Source: a virus
Virus record (IMG/VR): IMGVR_UViG_3300029319_008461
Span: 16,845 to 80,844 of that record
Strand: one strand, 5' to 3'
Length of the DNA: 64,000 bases
Within the stretch, counting starts at the first letter, position 1, and each line of letters opens with the position of its first letter. A model generated the notes under the pieces. That model saw only the letters and a program-made list of their open reading frames with translations. It was not told where the DNA came from and made no database searches. Below, one piece after another: positions 26,726 to 36,214 of this stretch. The position numbers and the translations under genes were made by a program.

Positions 26726-28228
26726 ATGTCTAGCAGTAAGCGAGCCGTCGCAGATACTAATTCCGCAAAGGTATCTACTCCACAGCAACACAAGCTTAAT
26801 CGCCCCTATGCCCCTAGTAGAGAGGGGTTTATGGATACCCTTCAGGATGTGTTCTTCAAAGATCTTTCGGTTACCGCCAATGAAAATATGGACAAAAAAT
26901 CTCACCTTGCAACGGTTTATAGAGTTGATAAGGAGGCAGGATTTTTTGATTTCTTTTTTGGCAGTGATGTCGTGAGAGTGAGAGCTAGGATTGATGAGCC
27001 AGATAATCTACACAGCACGCTAAGAATCCCAAAGAATTTCAAAGATGAGGCCGCAATCAACTTGCTTGTTGAATTTGAGGGGAGCATTGAAGAGCTTAAA
27101 GGGGAACCAAAATTAGGCGACACGATTGAGGTTGATTTTTATAACAAAAACCACGTTACTAAGACGCATGGCAATGGTAGAATTTTAAAAATACTGCCGA
27201 CCAGCAAAGTGGCCGGAGTCAACGACACATCACTGTCAGACCTAGACACTGGACAAACACCTAATCTATTTAAGCCAACAAGAGATGAGTGTGATGCGAA
27301 TGTAAAGACAGGGGCCGCTACCGGAGCAACTTTGGTTGGTGAGAACAAAGCAGCAACAGTTAGCGAAAGAAATCCAAGAAAGCTTAACTCGCCAACAGAG
27401 GATTCGACTCCTGCGATTGCTAATTCTAGGAAGCCAGAACAACAGCCAAATAATAATAATCCAACGCCTGGTCCTACTGCTAATCCGAATGCAAAAGGAA
27501 CAAACGCAGTCTCCTCTGGTCCCGGACCATTCCAAGCATCACCGGGCTCTAATCAGGTGACCCCTAGTCAGGGGCCTAAAAAACAAGAACCTTGTGACTG
27601 TCAAATAACAACGCTTGGTGAGCTTACTAATTCTCCTGGTGCAACTGCCCCAGAGGCAGTTAGAGGACCACCGGAGCCAACTTGGGATATCCATACTGAT
27701 CGCAGAATTAAAAAAATGCACCCTGATGCAAGAAAAAAAGTTTCGCAGTTTATAAACAAGGCTGCTGAACAAGGAATTTACCTTAGGGTTACGGAAACAT
27801 ATAGAACCGTTGATCGCCAGAATCAGCTTTATGCTAAGGGTAGAACTGCACCTAAAAAAGGTAGAACAGTTACTAAAGCAAGGGGTCTACCAAAAAGTAG
27901 TATTCACCAGTTTGGTATTGCTTTTGATTGTGTCGAAGTAGGTTCAGGTAGGGACAGGAGAACTAAGAAAAAATTCAAAGCTGATTGGGCAACAAACGGT
28001 AGAACATCTGGATTTAGTAAAGGGTACCCTAGACAAAGATGGCACTTGATCGGTGATTTTGGAAAGTCGTTTGGTTTTGTGTGGGGTGGTAATTTTAGAG
28101 GATTCTTTGATGGTCCACACTTTGAAGTGTTTAGAGCAAGAGCATCACAACTTAGGAGAAAGGAGGCACGAGGCGAAATCGTTATTGATCCAAGACTTGG
28201 ACCAAACTATAAGTTTCCAAAATTTTAG
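26726..28228 (+). CDS. Baseplate-hub-like protein with a C-terminal M15 (L-Ala-D-Glu) peptidoglycan endopeptidase
   Basis: C-terminal YRTVDRQNQLYAKGR...SIHQFGIAFD...WGGNF...DGPHFE (M15 Zn ligands His, Asp, His). Pro/Asn linker. N-terminal OB-like VRVRARI...PKLGDTIEVDF. Confidence 0.8.
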   Translation: MSSSKRAVADTNSAKVSTPQQHKLNRPYAPSREGFMDTLQDVFFKDLSVTANENMDKKSHLATVYRVDKEAGFFDFFFGSDVVRVRARIDEPDNLHSTLRIPKNFKDEAAINLLVEFEGSIEELKGEPKLGDTIEVDFYNKNHVTKTHGNGRILKILPTSKVAGVNDTSLSDLDTGQTPNLFKPTRDECDANVKTGAATGATLVGENKAATVSERNPRKLNSPTEDSTPAIANSRKPEQQPNNNNPTPGPTANPNAKGTNAVSSGPGPFQASPGSNQVTPSQGPKKQEPCDCQITTLGELTNSPGATAPEAVRGPPEPTWDIHTDRRIKKMHPDARKKVSQFINKAAEQGIYLRVTETYRTVDRQNQLYAKGRTAPKKGRTVTKARGLPKSSIHQFGIAFDCVEVGSGRDRRTKKKFKADWATNGRTSGFSKGYPRQRWHLIGDFGKSFGFVWGGNFRGFFDGPHFEVFRARASQLRRKEARGEIVIDPRLGPNYKFPKF

Positions 28229-28231
28229 AAA

Positions 28232-29155
28232 ATGGTATTAAAAAGAGCACAAAGTACAGTTGGTGTACAACCATCAGAGCTAGATAAACTTAAGCAAGTA
28301 CCCAACGCTAAAGAGTTGAACAGCGGGAAGTTTAACACCACTGTTGTTGAACCTGTGCCAAATTACAACATTACAAATGCCGAGACTGTCCAAAAGGGAA
28401 AACACAACGCATTTATTATAATGGGTCGTGACAGACCAAGAGATATAGAATCAGGGTACGGCGGCATTGGTGTAACCCAGTGCGGAACAATAGATATTGT
28501 GGCCGGTCTTGGTGGTGCTTTGGCAACTGAGGTTAATGAAGAAGGCGAGACTGTCTATACGGACAAGAGCCCTGAACTCGATTCAGCCAGAATTTATTTA
28601 AGTCAGAGAACAGATGTTGATTATAATTTTGGCTTACCTGATGGAAGAGTTGGTAAATCTATAGGCAAGTCAGCAGCAGCTATAAAAGCTGATGCTGTTC
28701 GTTTAGTCGCTAGGGATGGCATTAAGTTAGTTACTGGTACCGATACCTACGACGGACAGGGTGTAAGAATTGACATCCAAGAGGGTATAGATCTTATAGC
28801 CGGAAATAATGATGAGGGACTTCAGCCCCTTGTTAAGGGTCATAATTTACAAATTGCTTTGAGAGAAATTATAGATTTGATTGCAGATATAAACGGAGTG
28901 ACTACAACGTTGGCCACAATGTATTTTAATCTTTTGAACGCTTTAGTGTTTCATACTCACATCGCCATCGCACCCGGTTCCCCAACAACACCATCGCCAG
29001 ATTTTGCTGTGACAGCAGTCAGTCAGTATTCTCAATTAGTAAAAATGTTTTTTGATTTGGGAATCCACCAGAAAAATGTCGTGGCTACAAAAATGGATTA
29101 CACTTATGAGACAGGTGGGGGTTATATCAATAGCTTATTTAACCATACCAACTAG
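28232..29155 (+). CDS. Baseplate spike / gp5-C- or gpV-like protein
   Basis: Beta-rich AAIKADAVRLVARDGIKLVT, then PLVKGHNL and FHTH...PTTPSP (an HxH apex motif). Located upstream of gp25. Confidence 0.6.
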   Translation: MVLKRAQSTVGVQPSELDKLKQVPNAKELNSGKFNTTVVEPVPNYNITNAETVQKGKHNAFIIMGRDRPRDIESGYGGIGVTQCGTIDIVAGLGGALATEVNEEGETVYTDKSPELDSARIYLSQRTDVDYNFGLPDGRVGKSIGKSAAAIKADAVRLVARDGIKLVTGTDTYDGQGVRIDIQEGIDLIAGNNDEGLQPLVKGHNLQIALREIIDLIADINGVTTTLATMYFNLLNALVFHTHIAIAPGSPTTPSPDFAVTAVSQYSQLVKMFFDLGIHQKNVVATKMDYTYETGGGYINSLFNHTN

Positions 29156-29163
29156 ATAATTTT

Positions 29164-32100
29164 ATGAAGAATATAGTAAACCCAATACCGGAAATATTTG
29201 TAGACGCAATACCTCAGCCTGTACTTAGAGATCTGACAGAGCAAGAGACTATTGATCTTAATCGTTATTCTACTGGTGACCGCACAGCAAAGTATGTCCC
29301 AGCGATAAAGATTAATAACGTCAATAAGATTATAACTGGTTGGAGTATAACTCCTGGACCTGGACAAGTCCTAAGAAACGGTAGTGGCTATGACTATGAA
29401 GATGAACGAAACAAGTTTATTATTGATATGATACATACCGCTTATCTTGGTGGGTATGGTCATTTGAATATCGGACAGGAAATAGCTAAGGCCATTAGGA
29501 ATGGAAGTTATGGGTTGAATGATGAGAATAGGTTCTTGCTCTTAAAAGATGCCATGGCTTATGCGGCACTTTATCCACAAAACGCCGCAGTTGCACTGTC
29601 GCCAACCGCTCCACCTAACCCTCAAAATCCTAGACTTAACGGCAAATCTTTTGCGCTTATTTTTGTTGGCGAGGAGGAGAAACAAAAAGTTCTCACGAGG
29701 ATCACCACAGTATTAGGACAGCGAAATGCAACAAAGAATTCTGCATTTGATACGGTAACCACAGAACAAGCTCAAAAAGCCTCTAATCAAAATGATGTTA
29801 ACAACCCTGATCCTTTTGCGCAACCTAAGAAAGCGACTTACACAGTTAAGTCTAATGGAGAAACTTTTTCTACTATTGCCAATAAGTTTAAAATAGGCAG
29901 ATTAGAATTACAACGAGTCAACCAAAATAAGAAAAGGCCACCACCTAATCAGAATCAAAATATTCTTGACGTTGATTTGAGCCCTGGTGATATAGTTGAC
30001 TTGCCTTTTAATTCAATTAACGCAAGAGTTCCTAGCATAATTCCATCGCATTCGAGACTTAGGATCAACGAGTTGCTAGAGGCAGCTACTAGGCCAACAG
30101 GTTCAATACCATCAGGACTTACAGTTATCAAGAAAGATTTATCGGAAGAAAAAAAGAAAGTTGACTCTCAAGTTGACTCATCCGATTGGACAGCCAATGT
30201 TCCTAGTGATACATCTCCAGAACAATCTCAAACGGATGTTTCATCTGATGTTGCTGTTAATATTACATCTTACAAAAGCAAAAATCTTCTTAAGAAAGTC
30301 TATTACAATCAAGCTGAAAAAAACTACTGGTGTGTGTTTAGAACTTTAGCGAAGAATCCAAAATCTTTTGATATTGCTGGCGGCGAGGCGGCGATACAGA
30401 ACATAAACAATTTTAAGTTTGACTTTGCTGTGCCCGAAATTTTAAAATTTGCTAGCAGAGATACCACTCAAAATCGTGCCGCTATTGATCCGTCTAAGGT
30501 TGAATTTCTTAGTAGGTATGGCAGTTTAAACAGGCCACAGCCTGTGCCGGCTGGACAGAGCTTTTGGATAATAGCGGTAAAAATACCCGAGTCAGAAATT
30601 GAAAAATTAAATCCCCGAGGAGCTAAGTCTAGCACGGATGATATCCCATCCCCTCTTCAGAGGGCTAAAGATTTAGTGGCTGAAAAAGGAGTGCCGGGAA
30701 AACCGGGTCTGCGCCGAGCCCCTTTTAGTATGTCAGAACTTCAATCGACAATAGCCACGGCTGCGATTGTTGTTGATAGGTATGCTGATGAACTTGACAA
30801 AGAGGGTATAACCCCCGGTATGATGACGCCCAGCACAAATGTTAGGATTAGGGCGGAGGACCTTAAAAGATTCTATAGCGTTGTTCAAAGATATGCTGAA
30901 CGTACATTGGATACAGATATAACCATAAACGACAAAATAGAATTTGTTTTCGATTCAAAATATAAGTTAGTAAATGTTTTTTACAATGGTGCTCAATACG
31001 CTGGGTTAGCTGATCCAAAAACTGGACTTTACACGGCATTTGGAGCAGTTTCTAAAGGAACATTTGCGCTTGTTTTCTATGCAAACGAAATAGCAGCGTT
31101 ATTCACAAAAGAGGACAAGCCCTCCGCCGTTGAATTTGTACAAAAATACATGTACCCAAGTCCGGTTATTAAGCCAACAGACATAAAGAACAAAAAAGAA
31201 GAGAACAAAAAGTCTAACAAAAACCCACCAGAAAATCAGAGTGCTGGCCTTGGAAAAAACACGTTTGAAACAAAACCAGAGAAAAAGAAAAAGACGAGCA
31301 AACCAAAAACAAAAGCAGAGGTAGAACGCCAGTTCCAGAGAAGATTTCAAGCGGGCGCAGACGCCTTTGGTTTCTATACCAGCGTTCTTAATAACGCAGG
31401 TTGTGAGACGCCGCTTGCAAAATATCTTAATGATGCTTTTTTAATATATCAACTTTTTGGCGGTAAAGCAAGTGTGTCACAAGTTGTAGGGGTTGTTGTA
31501 AAGCTTCTTAGAGATGAGTTTATTGAAATTAAAAAGAATGAGCAGTTATTGCTACAGGGTGCCGCTTACCTTGATGATCCTGATCGGTTTCTTAGAGACA
31601 TAGAAGCAGAAGTAAATAGACAGTTTTTTGATTGCTTTAGGGTTTTGGGTGATGTCCTAGCCAAGGAAGTTTTAGAGCCTGGCGGTGTTCCTCCTGAAGT
31701 ACAATCACTTGTTAAGCAAGGATTAACACCACCCTTCGGTATAAGTTTGGGCAAGACGCCCACTGCCGATTTATGGGCCTTGTGGAGAAAAAAGTTATTA
31801 GACCTTATAATTGAGTTTATCAAGCAGCTAATATTACAAGCTTTCAAAGAATTACTCCTGGCTGTTTCGGGTTGTGGTCCGGAGACAGTGGTTGATCCGT
31901 CAAATATAACAAAGAACAGGAACCCTAATGTTAATTCACCTTATGGTATTATAAGGATCAATGATCTGGTTGATTATGCCGGGGTTGATTTGATTGAAGT
32001 TGCTAAAGAGCTTAACATGCGAAACGTGCTGCCAAATGAGGACCGCACTGACATTATTGAAACGCCAGTTACACTGGAGCAACTTAGACGACTAAATGAT

Positions 32101-35100
32101 GATGCTTCAGATCTAATGGTTGATAATGATGTAGTAGCTATTTTACAGGGATCAGGAGGACAGGCGTTAATAGATTCTTTGTTCCGAGGTTTTAACCTGG
32201 GGTCCATTAATTTAAACGAACTTTCAGCGGCTGACCAAAGAAAAATTCAGGGCGAAGAATATAATGATACGGTCAGCAGAGCGTTATTAAATACTGTCCA
32301 AGAATCCCTGTATCCTGGGGATGTCAGATATGCCACTTTGGACCTTGATAAAGAACTAATAGTTTTATACTTTAAAAGGCTTGGACAATTAGTAGGATCA
32401 GACATTGCTCTTGGGTTAGAGAAGCCGCTAGACACGAAGGAGGCATACTGTGATAGTCGTGACCTCCTGGCTTATGGTCTTGGGTCTGGGCTTGAAGTTG
32501 GACTTGAGGAATTGGCCGACATTGGAGACAGTGGTGTTGTTGCAGGAGGGTTATCTAAAGCACAATTAGCATCTCAGATAGGTCAGGAGATTGATCGCAA
32601 CGCATTTAAGATAGAGCTTTTGTGTGAGTTGGCATCAAAGAATTTTGATTTTGCTCTAGAGATACAAAATTTTTGGGACACCTTAGGATTTGCCGAGTGG
32701 TTCATGGAACTTTTACGCCTCCTAAGCTTCGCATCTCAACAAGCTCAGGGTGTAGGAGCAAAAGCGATAGCTGATGGTATGAGAGCCAGGGGGGATCGAT
32801 TTATTGAGCAACAATCGGTTGAGTTATCCCCAGCCGAACTATCAGAACTAAAAACCAAATCCTCTCAGATATATCGATATTATCAACATTATTTTGGAGA
32901 CATAGATACCGAGGCTGATGAAATAAGCGGAAACCCCCAGTTAAACAGTCGTCAAATACTTCCGCCCGAAACTCTTAAGTTTGTGTATGAACCAGTTGCT
33001 GGTCTCGGCGACGATCGTCCTCATTATGTTATAGGTTCTCTTGACACATCCATAGGTAAGGAGGCCACTCCAAGAAATGACAGATCATTCGGTAGATTAC
33101 AATTAGATTATTTAAATGATGATGGTCTGGTTCGAGTTTATTTTAACGATAACGAACGTGCGATTATTGGCAACGAATTAGGATATAGAGAGACTCCCTT
33201 TGAACTTCTGTGTGAGTTTGGTCTTGTAGATGACAATACTCCTAATGGCGAAGGAGAGTTTTCTGTTAAGCGAGCTATAGTCAGAAGTAGGCAGCCAATA
33301 ATAAGACAAGGGCGTCCAGATGATTTTGCTAATATTATTAACGATTTCCATAAAAAAGTTATGAACGTTAGTTTTGGTTCTCAGTTAAACTTAGATGGCA
33401 CCACAAGCTTTGGTGGTGGAGAGAATACAGAAACAGTAAGAAACGCTGTGGCCGAAAATGTTTTTGTCGGGACAGGAGTTGATGGAACCGCTTTATTACA
33501 GGTAGCCACGCCTTATCTCAATAGCTTATATAACGTAACGCAAATGGTGTCAACAAACTTATATTCTAACGATCAGTTTAAAAGCAGGGTTGATGAGACT
33601 GTCATATTAGCGTCAAAACTACCTTTTGGGCCTAATGGAGACCCTTGTAATTTAGGTGCGGATGAGCAAAATGCAATCATTACCATTAATGCAATTCATC
33701 AAAGAATATTTAACTTTATACTAAATGTAGCCCCACTTTTTAACAACGGGTATGGACTAGAGACCCCTGATACTTTAAATATGTTGTCCTCATATTTGGA
33801 AAATAAAATTATAAGAGATTTTGAACAGAGAAAGATTCTTGGCTTCGTTATTGAAGGGGTTTCATTTATATCAAGAACCTGTTCAACAACAGAGATAGAA
33901 GACGGTATAGAATTTAATCCAGCATTGATATCTGATCCCCAAGAGAAACTAAGATATATCATTAAGCAAATGCTTAAGAAGACGCTTTTTAATCTTTCAA
34001 CATTGGGAGCACCTGATATATCAGAATTTTCAGGCTGGGGTGCCATGACAAGAAATATGTTTGATGACATCAATGGTGTTGATGGCGGAGAAATAAAAAA
34101 TCAACAGGGAACGGTAGTCCTTAATAAAAAGACAACCTACAAAATGTTGGCAAACCTACTCTATACCGGGAGGGGTTATGGTCCATTAGGTGATCTAGAC
34201 GCTGAAGGGCTTTCTGCGGGTGCTCAAAACAATGCTACTCGAACTTATGATTTTGGTGGCAACGTAGCATACCTTGGACAAGCTCGCCAATCTCTTGCAA
34301 ACTATGGCTTTGTCGCAACAGTGGATGGTTTTAAAGACAATCAATTTCTTGGACTTATTCCAATGCCATTGTTAGTTGGATTACAATATATTTACTTTGA
34401 TAAAGTTGTGGCCATTAACGATCAATTCCCGCAGATGGCGTATTATGCGAAGAAAAGAATAGACTCAGCAGATGAAGCGCTGAGAACCGCTATAGATCCA
34501 GCATCATCACAATCTTACAGTTTCGCACTGTCAACGCCTCAACAACCTAAGACGCTTGACGAGAGCAAACAAGACGACGCCGACCTAGAAGCAGATTTGC
34601 GTGGAGCTTTGCAACAAGAGCGGGATTTGATTGAAAATCTTAACGTCGCTGCTGAGGATGCCATACAAGAACAAACGCCTGGCGCTCCGGGACGAAATGA
34701 CCAAGGTGAGGAACTAGCTAGACGATTACAAGATGCCCCACCTGGAAACGCTCAACAACCCGCTGGACAAAGCACAAGAGATATGCAACAAGAGCAAGAA
34801 GCAGAGGGCATATCACAAAGTGAACGTGAACGCCGTGCGGCTGAAAGACGAGAGCAAGTTCGCCGGGAAGGAACACAAGGACAGCAACGACAATTACAAT
34901 CACCAACACCACCAGTACAGCAACAGCAACAAAATGATGGGTCGTTCCCCGCCCAAGTTGGACCATTTACATACGCTAATGCAGATGAGGTTAGAACCCG
35001 CAAAGCCAAGTATAACGCTTTACTTGTGCGTGTAAACAGGATAAGAGATTATAAGACTGCACTTGAGACTCGACTTAGAAGGTGCGCTGGACAGCTTCAG

Positions 35101-35769
35101 GTTGCTGAAAGGATATGGGAAGACGATGGCATTTTTAGAGGTTACGATGATCTTACCCCGTCTGGACGGAATGACTGGACGATGAGAAAATCATTAAACG
35201 TTATCCTTAACAAGATCAATGAAGCATCGTCGTTGGATATAACTTATTTTGGAAGGACAGGAGCCGGTGGCGGTGGTGGTCACCGAGCATATAACCCCAC
35301 GAGAGATTGTCTTGTCAGAGGCAAGGATATTATTAGGCAAACAGATTTTGATACCGCAGCGGCTCTTCACCCTCGTCTTCCACTTACAAGAGCACAAGCG
35401 TTTGCAACTAGGCCAGGATTACAAGATTACAAAAATTTAATGGACGAAGGTTTTAGAGGGGGAGATGCTGGTATGCGAGACAGGTTTGAGAAAACAGAAT
35501 TTTACACACGGCTAATTAATGCCATGGAAGAATTCCAAGGGTTTTCGGTACGCCCTCGTCCTGAAGCCAATGCTGATTATTCACCATTAAATCGTGCCAC
35601 TCAGGCGTCCAGAGGAAATAATTTTATAAGCATACTTGCGATGATCACAAAAGAAATAGCGGATCTTAAAGAAAGTAATCTGATAACAGATTTAAGGCTT
35701 GAGAAATGGGGCGCTGAAGAAAGAAATGATGTTGGGCGCATAATTAGAGAACTGAACAGGCTTTTATGA
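29164..35769 (+). CDS. 2201-aa putative virion protein with a LysM domain
   Basis: LysM-like TYTVKSNGETFSTIANKF...LQRVN...LSPGDIVDLP at about 29836-30006. Gln-rich segment at about 34550-34940. Lies between the spike gene and gp25. Confidence 0.65.
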   Translation: MKNIVNPIPEIFVDAIPQPVLRDLTEQETIDLNRYSTGDRTAKYVPAIKINNVNKIITGWSITPGPGQVLRNGSGYDYEDERNKFIIDMIHTAYLGGYGHLNIGQEIAKAIRNGSYGLNDENRFLLLKDAMAYAALYPQNAAVALSPTAPPNPQNPRLNGKSFALIFVGEEEKQKVLTRITTVLGQRNATKNSAFDTVTTEQAQKASNQNDVNNPDPFAQPKKATYTVKSNGETFSTIANKFKIGRLELQRVNQNKKRPPPNQNQNILDVDLSPGDIVDLPFNSINARVPSIIPSHSRLRINELLEAATRPTGSIPSGLTVIKKDLSEEKKKVDSQVDSSDWTANVPSDTSPEQSQTDVSSDVAVNITSYKSKNLLKKVYYNQAEKNYWCVFRTLAKNPKSFDIAGGEAAIQNINNFKFDFAVPEILKFASRDTTQNRAAIDPSKVEFLSRYGSLNRPQPVPAGQSFWIIAVKIPESEIEKLNPRGAKSSTDDIPSPLQRAKDLVAEKGVPGKPGLRRAPFSMSELQSTIATAAIVVDRYADELDKEGITPGMMTPSTNVRIRAEDLKRFYSVVQRYAERTLDTDITINDKIEFVFDSKYKLVNVFYNGAQYAGLADPKTGLYTAFGAVSKGTFALVFYANEIAALFTKEDKPSAVEFVQKYMYPSPVIKPTDIKNKKEENKKSNKNPPENQSAGLGKNTFETKPEKKKKTSKPKTKAEVERQFQRRFQAGADAFGFYTSVLNNAGCETPLAKYLNDAFLIYQLFGGKASVSQVVGVVVKLLRDEFIEIKKNEQLLLQGAAYLDDPDRFLRDIEAEVNRQFFDCFRVLGDVLAKEVLEPGGVPPEVQSLVKQGLTPPFGISLGKTPTADLWALWRKKLLDLIIEFIKQLILQAFKELLLAVSGCGPETVVDPSNITKNRNPNVNSPYGIIRINDLVDYAGVDLIEVAKELNMRNVLPNEDRTDIIETPVTLEQLRRLNDDASDLMVDNDVVAILQGSGGQALIDSLFRGFNLGSINLNELSAADQRKIQGEEYNDTVSRALLNTVQESLYPGDVRYATLDLDKELIVLYFKRLGQLVGSDIALGLEKPLDTKEAYCDSRDLLAYGLGSGLEVGLEELADIGDSGVVAGGLSKAQLASQIGQEIDRNAFKIELLCELASKNFDFALEIQNFWDTLGFAEWFMELLRLLSFASQQAQGVGAKAIADGMRARGDRFIEQQSVELSPAELSELKTKSSQIYRYYQHYFGDIDTEADEISGNPQLNSRQILPPETLKFVYEPVAGLGDDRPHYVIGSLDTSIGKEATPRNDRSFGRLQLDYLNDDGLVRVYFNDNERAIIGNELGYRETPFELLCEFGLVDDNTPNGEGEFSVKRAIVRSRQPIIRQGRPDDFANIINDFHKKVMNVSFGSQLNLDGTTSFGGGENTETVRNAVAENVFVGTGVDGTALLQVATPYLNSLYNVTQMVSTNLYSNDQFKSRVDETVILASKLPFGPNGDPCNLGADEQNAIITINAIHQRIFNFILNVAPLFNNGYGLETPDTLNMLSSYLENKIIRDFEQRKILGFVIEGVSFISRTCSTTEIEDGIEFNPALISDPQEKLRYIIKQMLKKTLFNLSTLGAPDISEFSGWGAMTRNMFDDINGVDGGEIKNQQGTVVLNKKTTYKMLANLLYTGRGYGPLGDLDAEGLSAGAQNNATRTYDFGGNVAYLGQARQSLANYGFVATVDGFKDNQFLGLIPMPLLVGLQYIYFDKVVAINDQFPQMAYYAKKRIDSADEALRTAIDPASSQSYSFALSTPQQPKTLDESKQDDADLEADLRGALQQERDLIENLNVAAEDAIQEQTPGAPGRNDQGEELARRLQDAPPGNAQQPAGQSTRDMQQEQEAEGISQSERERRAAERREQVRREGTQGQQRQLQSPTPPVQQQQQNDGSFPAQVGPFTYANADEVRTRKAKYNALLVRVNRIRDYKTALETRLRRCAGQLQVAERIWEDDGIFRGYDDLTPSGRNDWTMRKSLNVILNKINEASSLDITYFGRTGAGGGGGHRAYNPTRDCLVRGKDIIRQTDFDTAAALHPRLPLTRAQAFATRPGLQDYKNLMDEGFRGGDAGMRDRFEKTEFYTRLINAMEEFQGFSVRPRPEANADYSPLNRATQASRGNNFISILAMITKEIADLKESNLITDLRLEKWGAEERNDVGRIIRELNRLL

Positions 35770-35785
35770 TAAAGGGGAAAAATAA

Positions 35786-36190
35786 ATGGCGAACAAATTA
35801 GAAGGTATATCTGTTTCTCTTCCATTAACTTATGATAATGTTGATGGGCCTTACGAGCTTAACAAAACTTTAAAAGATGTAGTCAAGCAAAATTTAAAAA
35901 ATTTAGTGTTGACATCACCAGGAGAAAGAGTTATGTTGCCAGACTTTGGTGCCGGTATTCGTCGTTTGCTTTTTGAGCCGAATACAGGGCAGGTTTTTTC
36001 GACGGCCAAAGACAGAATAACTGCTCAAGTAACAAGGTATATGCCCTTTGTGCAGCTTGAAGATTTGGTAATTTTAACATCAGATCAGGACGCCAGTTTG
36101 TCTCCTAACGCAGCCAGGTTAATTTTGAAGTACAACATAGGTGCGATTAATGAGAGCGATACCTTGATAATAACTCAGAACCAGAACTAA
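35786..36190 (+). CDS. Baseplate wedge protein, gp25/GPW family
   Basis: VKQNLKNLVLTSPGERVMLPDFGAGIRRLLFEP signature. Confidence 0.92.
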   Translation: MANKLEGISVSLPLTYDNVDGPYELNKTLKDVVKQNLKNLVLTSPGERVMLPDFGAGIRRLLFEPNTGQVFSTAKDRITAQVTRYMPFVQLEDLVILTSDQDASLSPNAARLILKYNIGAINESDTLIITQNQN

Positions 36191-36214
36191 TTACTGAAGC
36201 TTAGAGGTTTAGTG

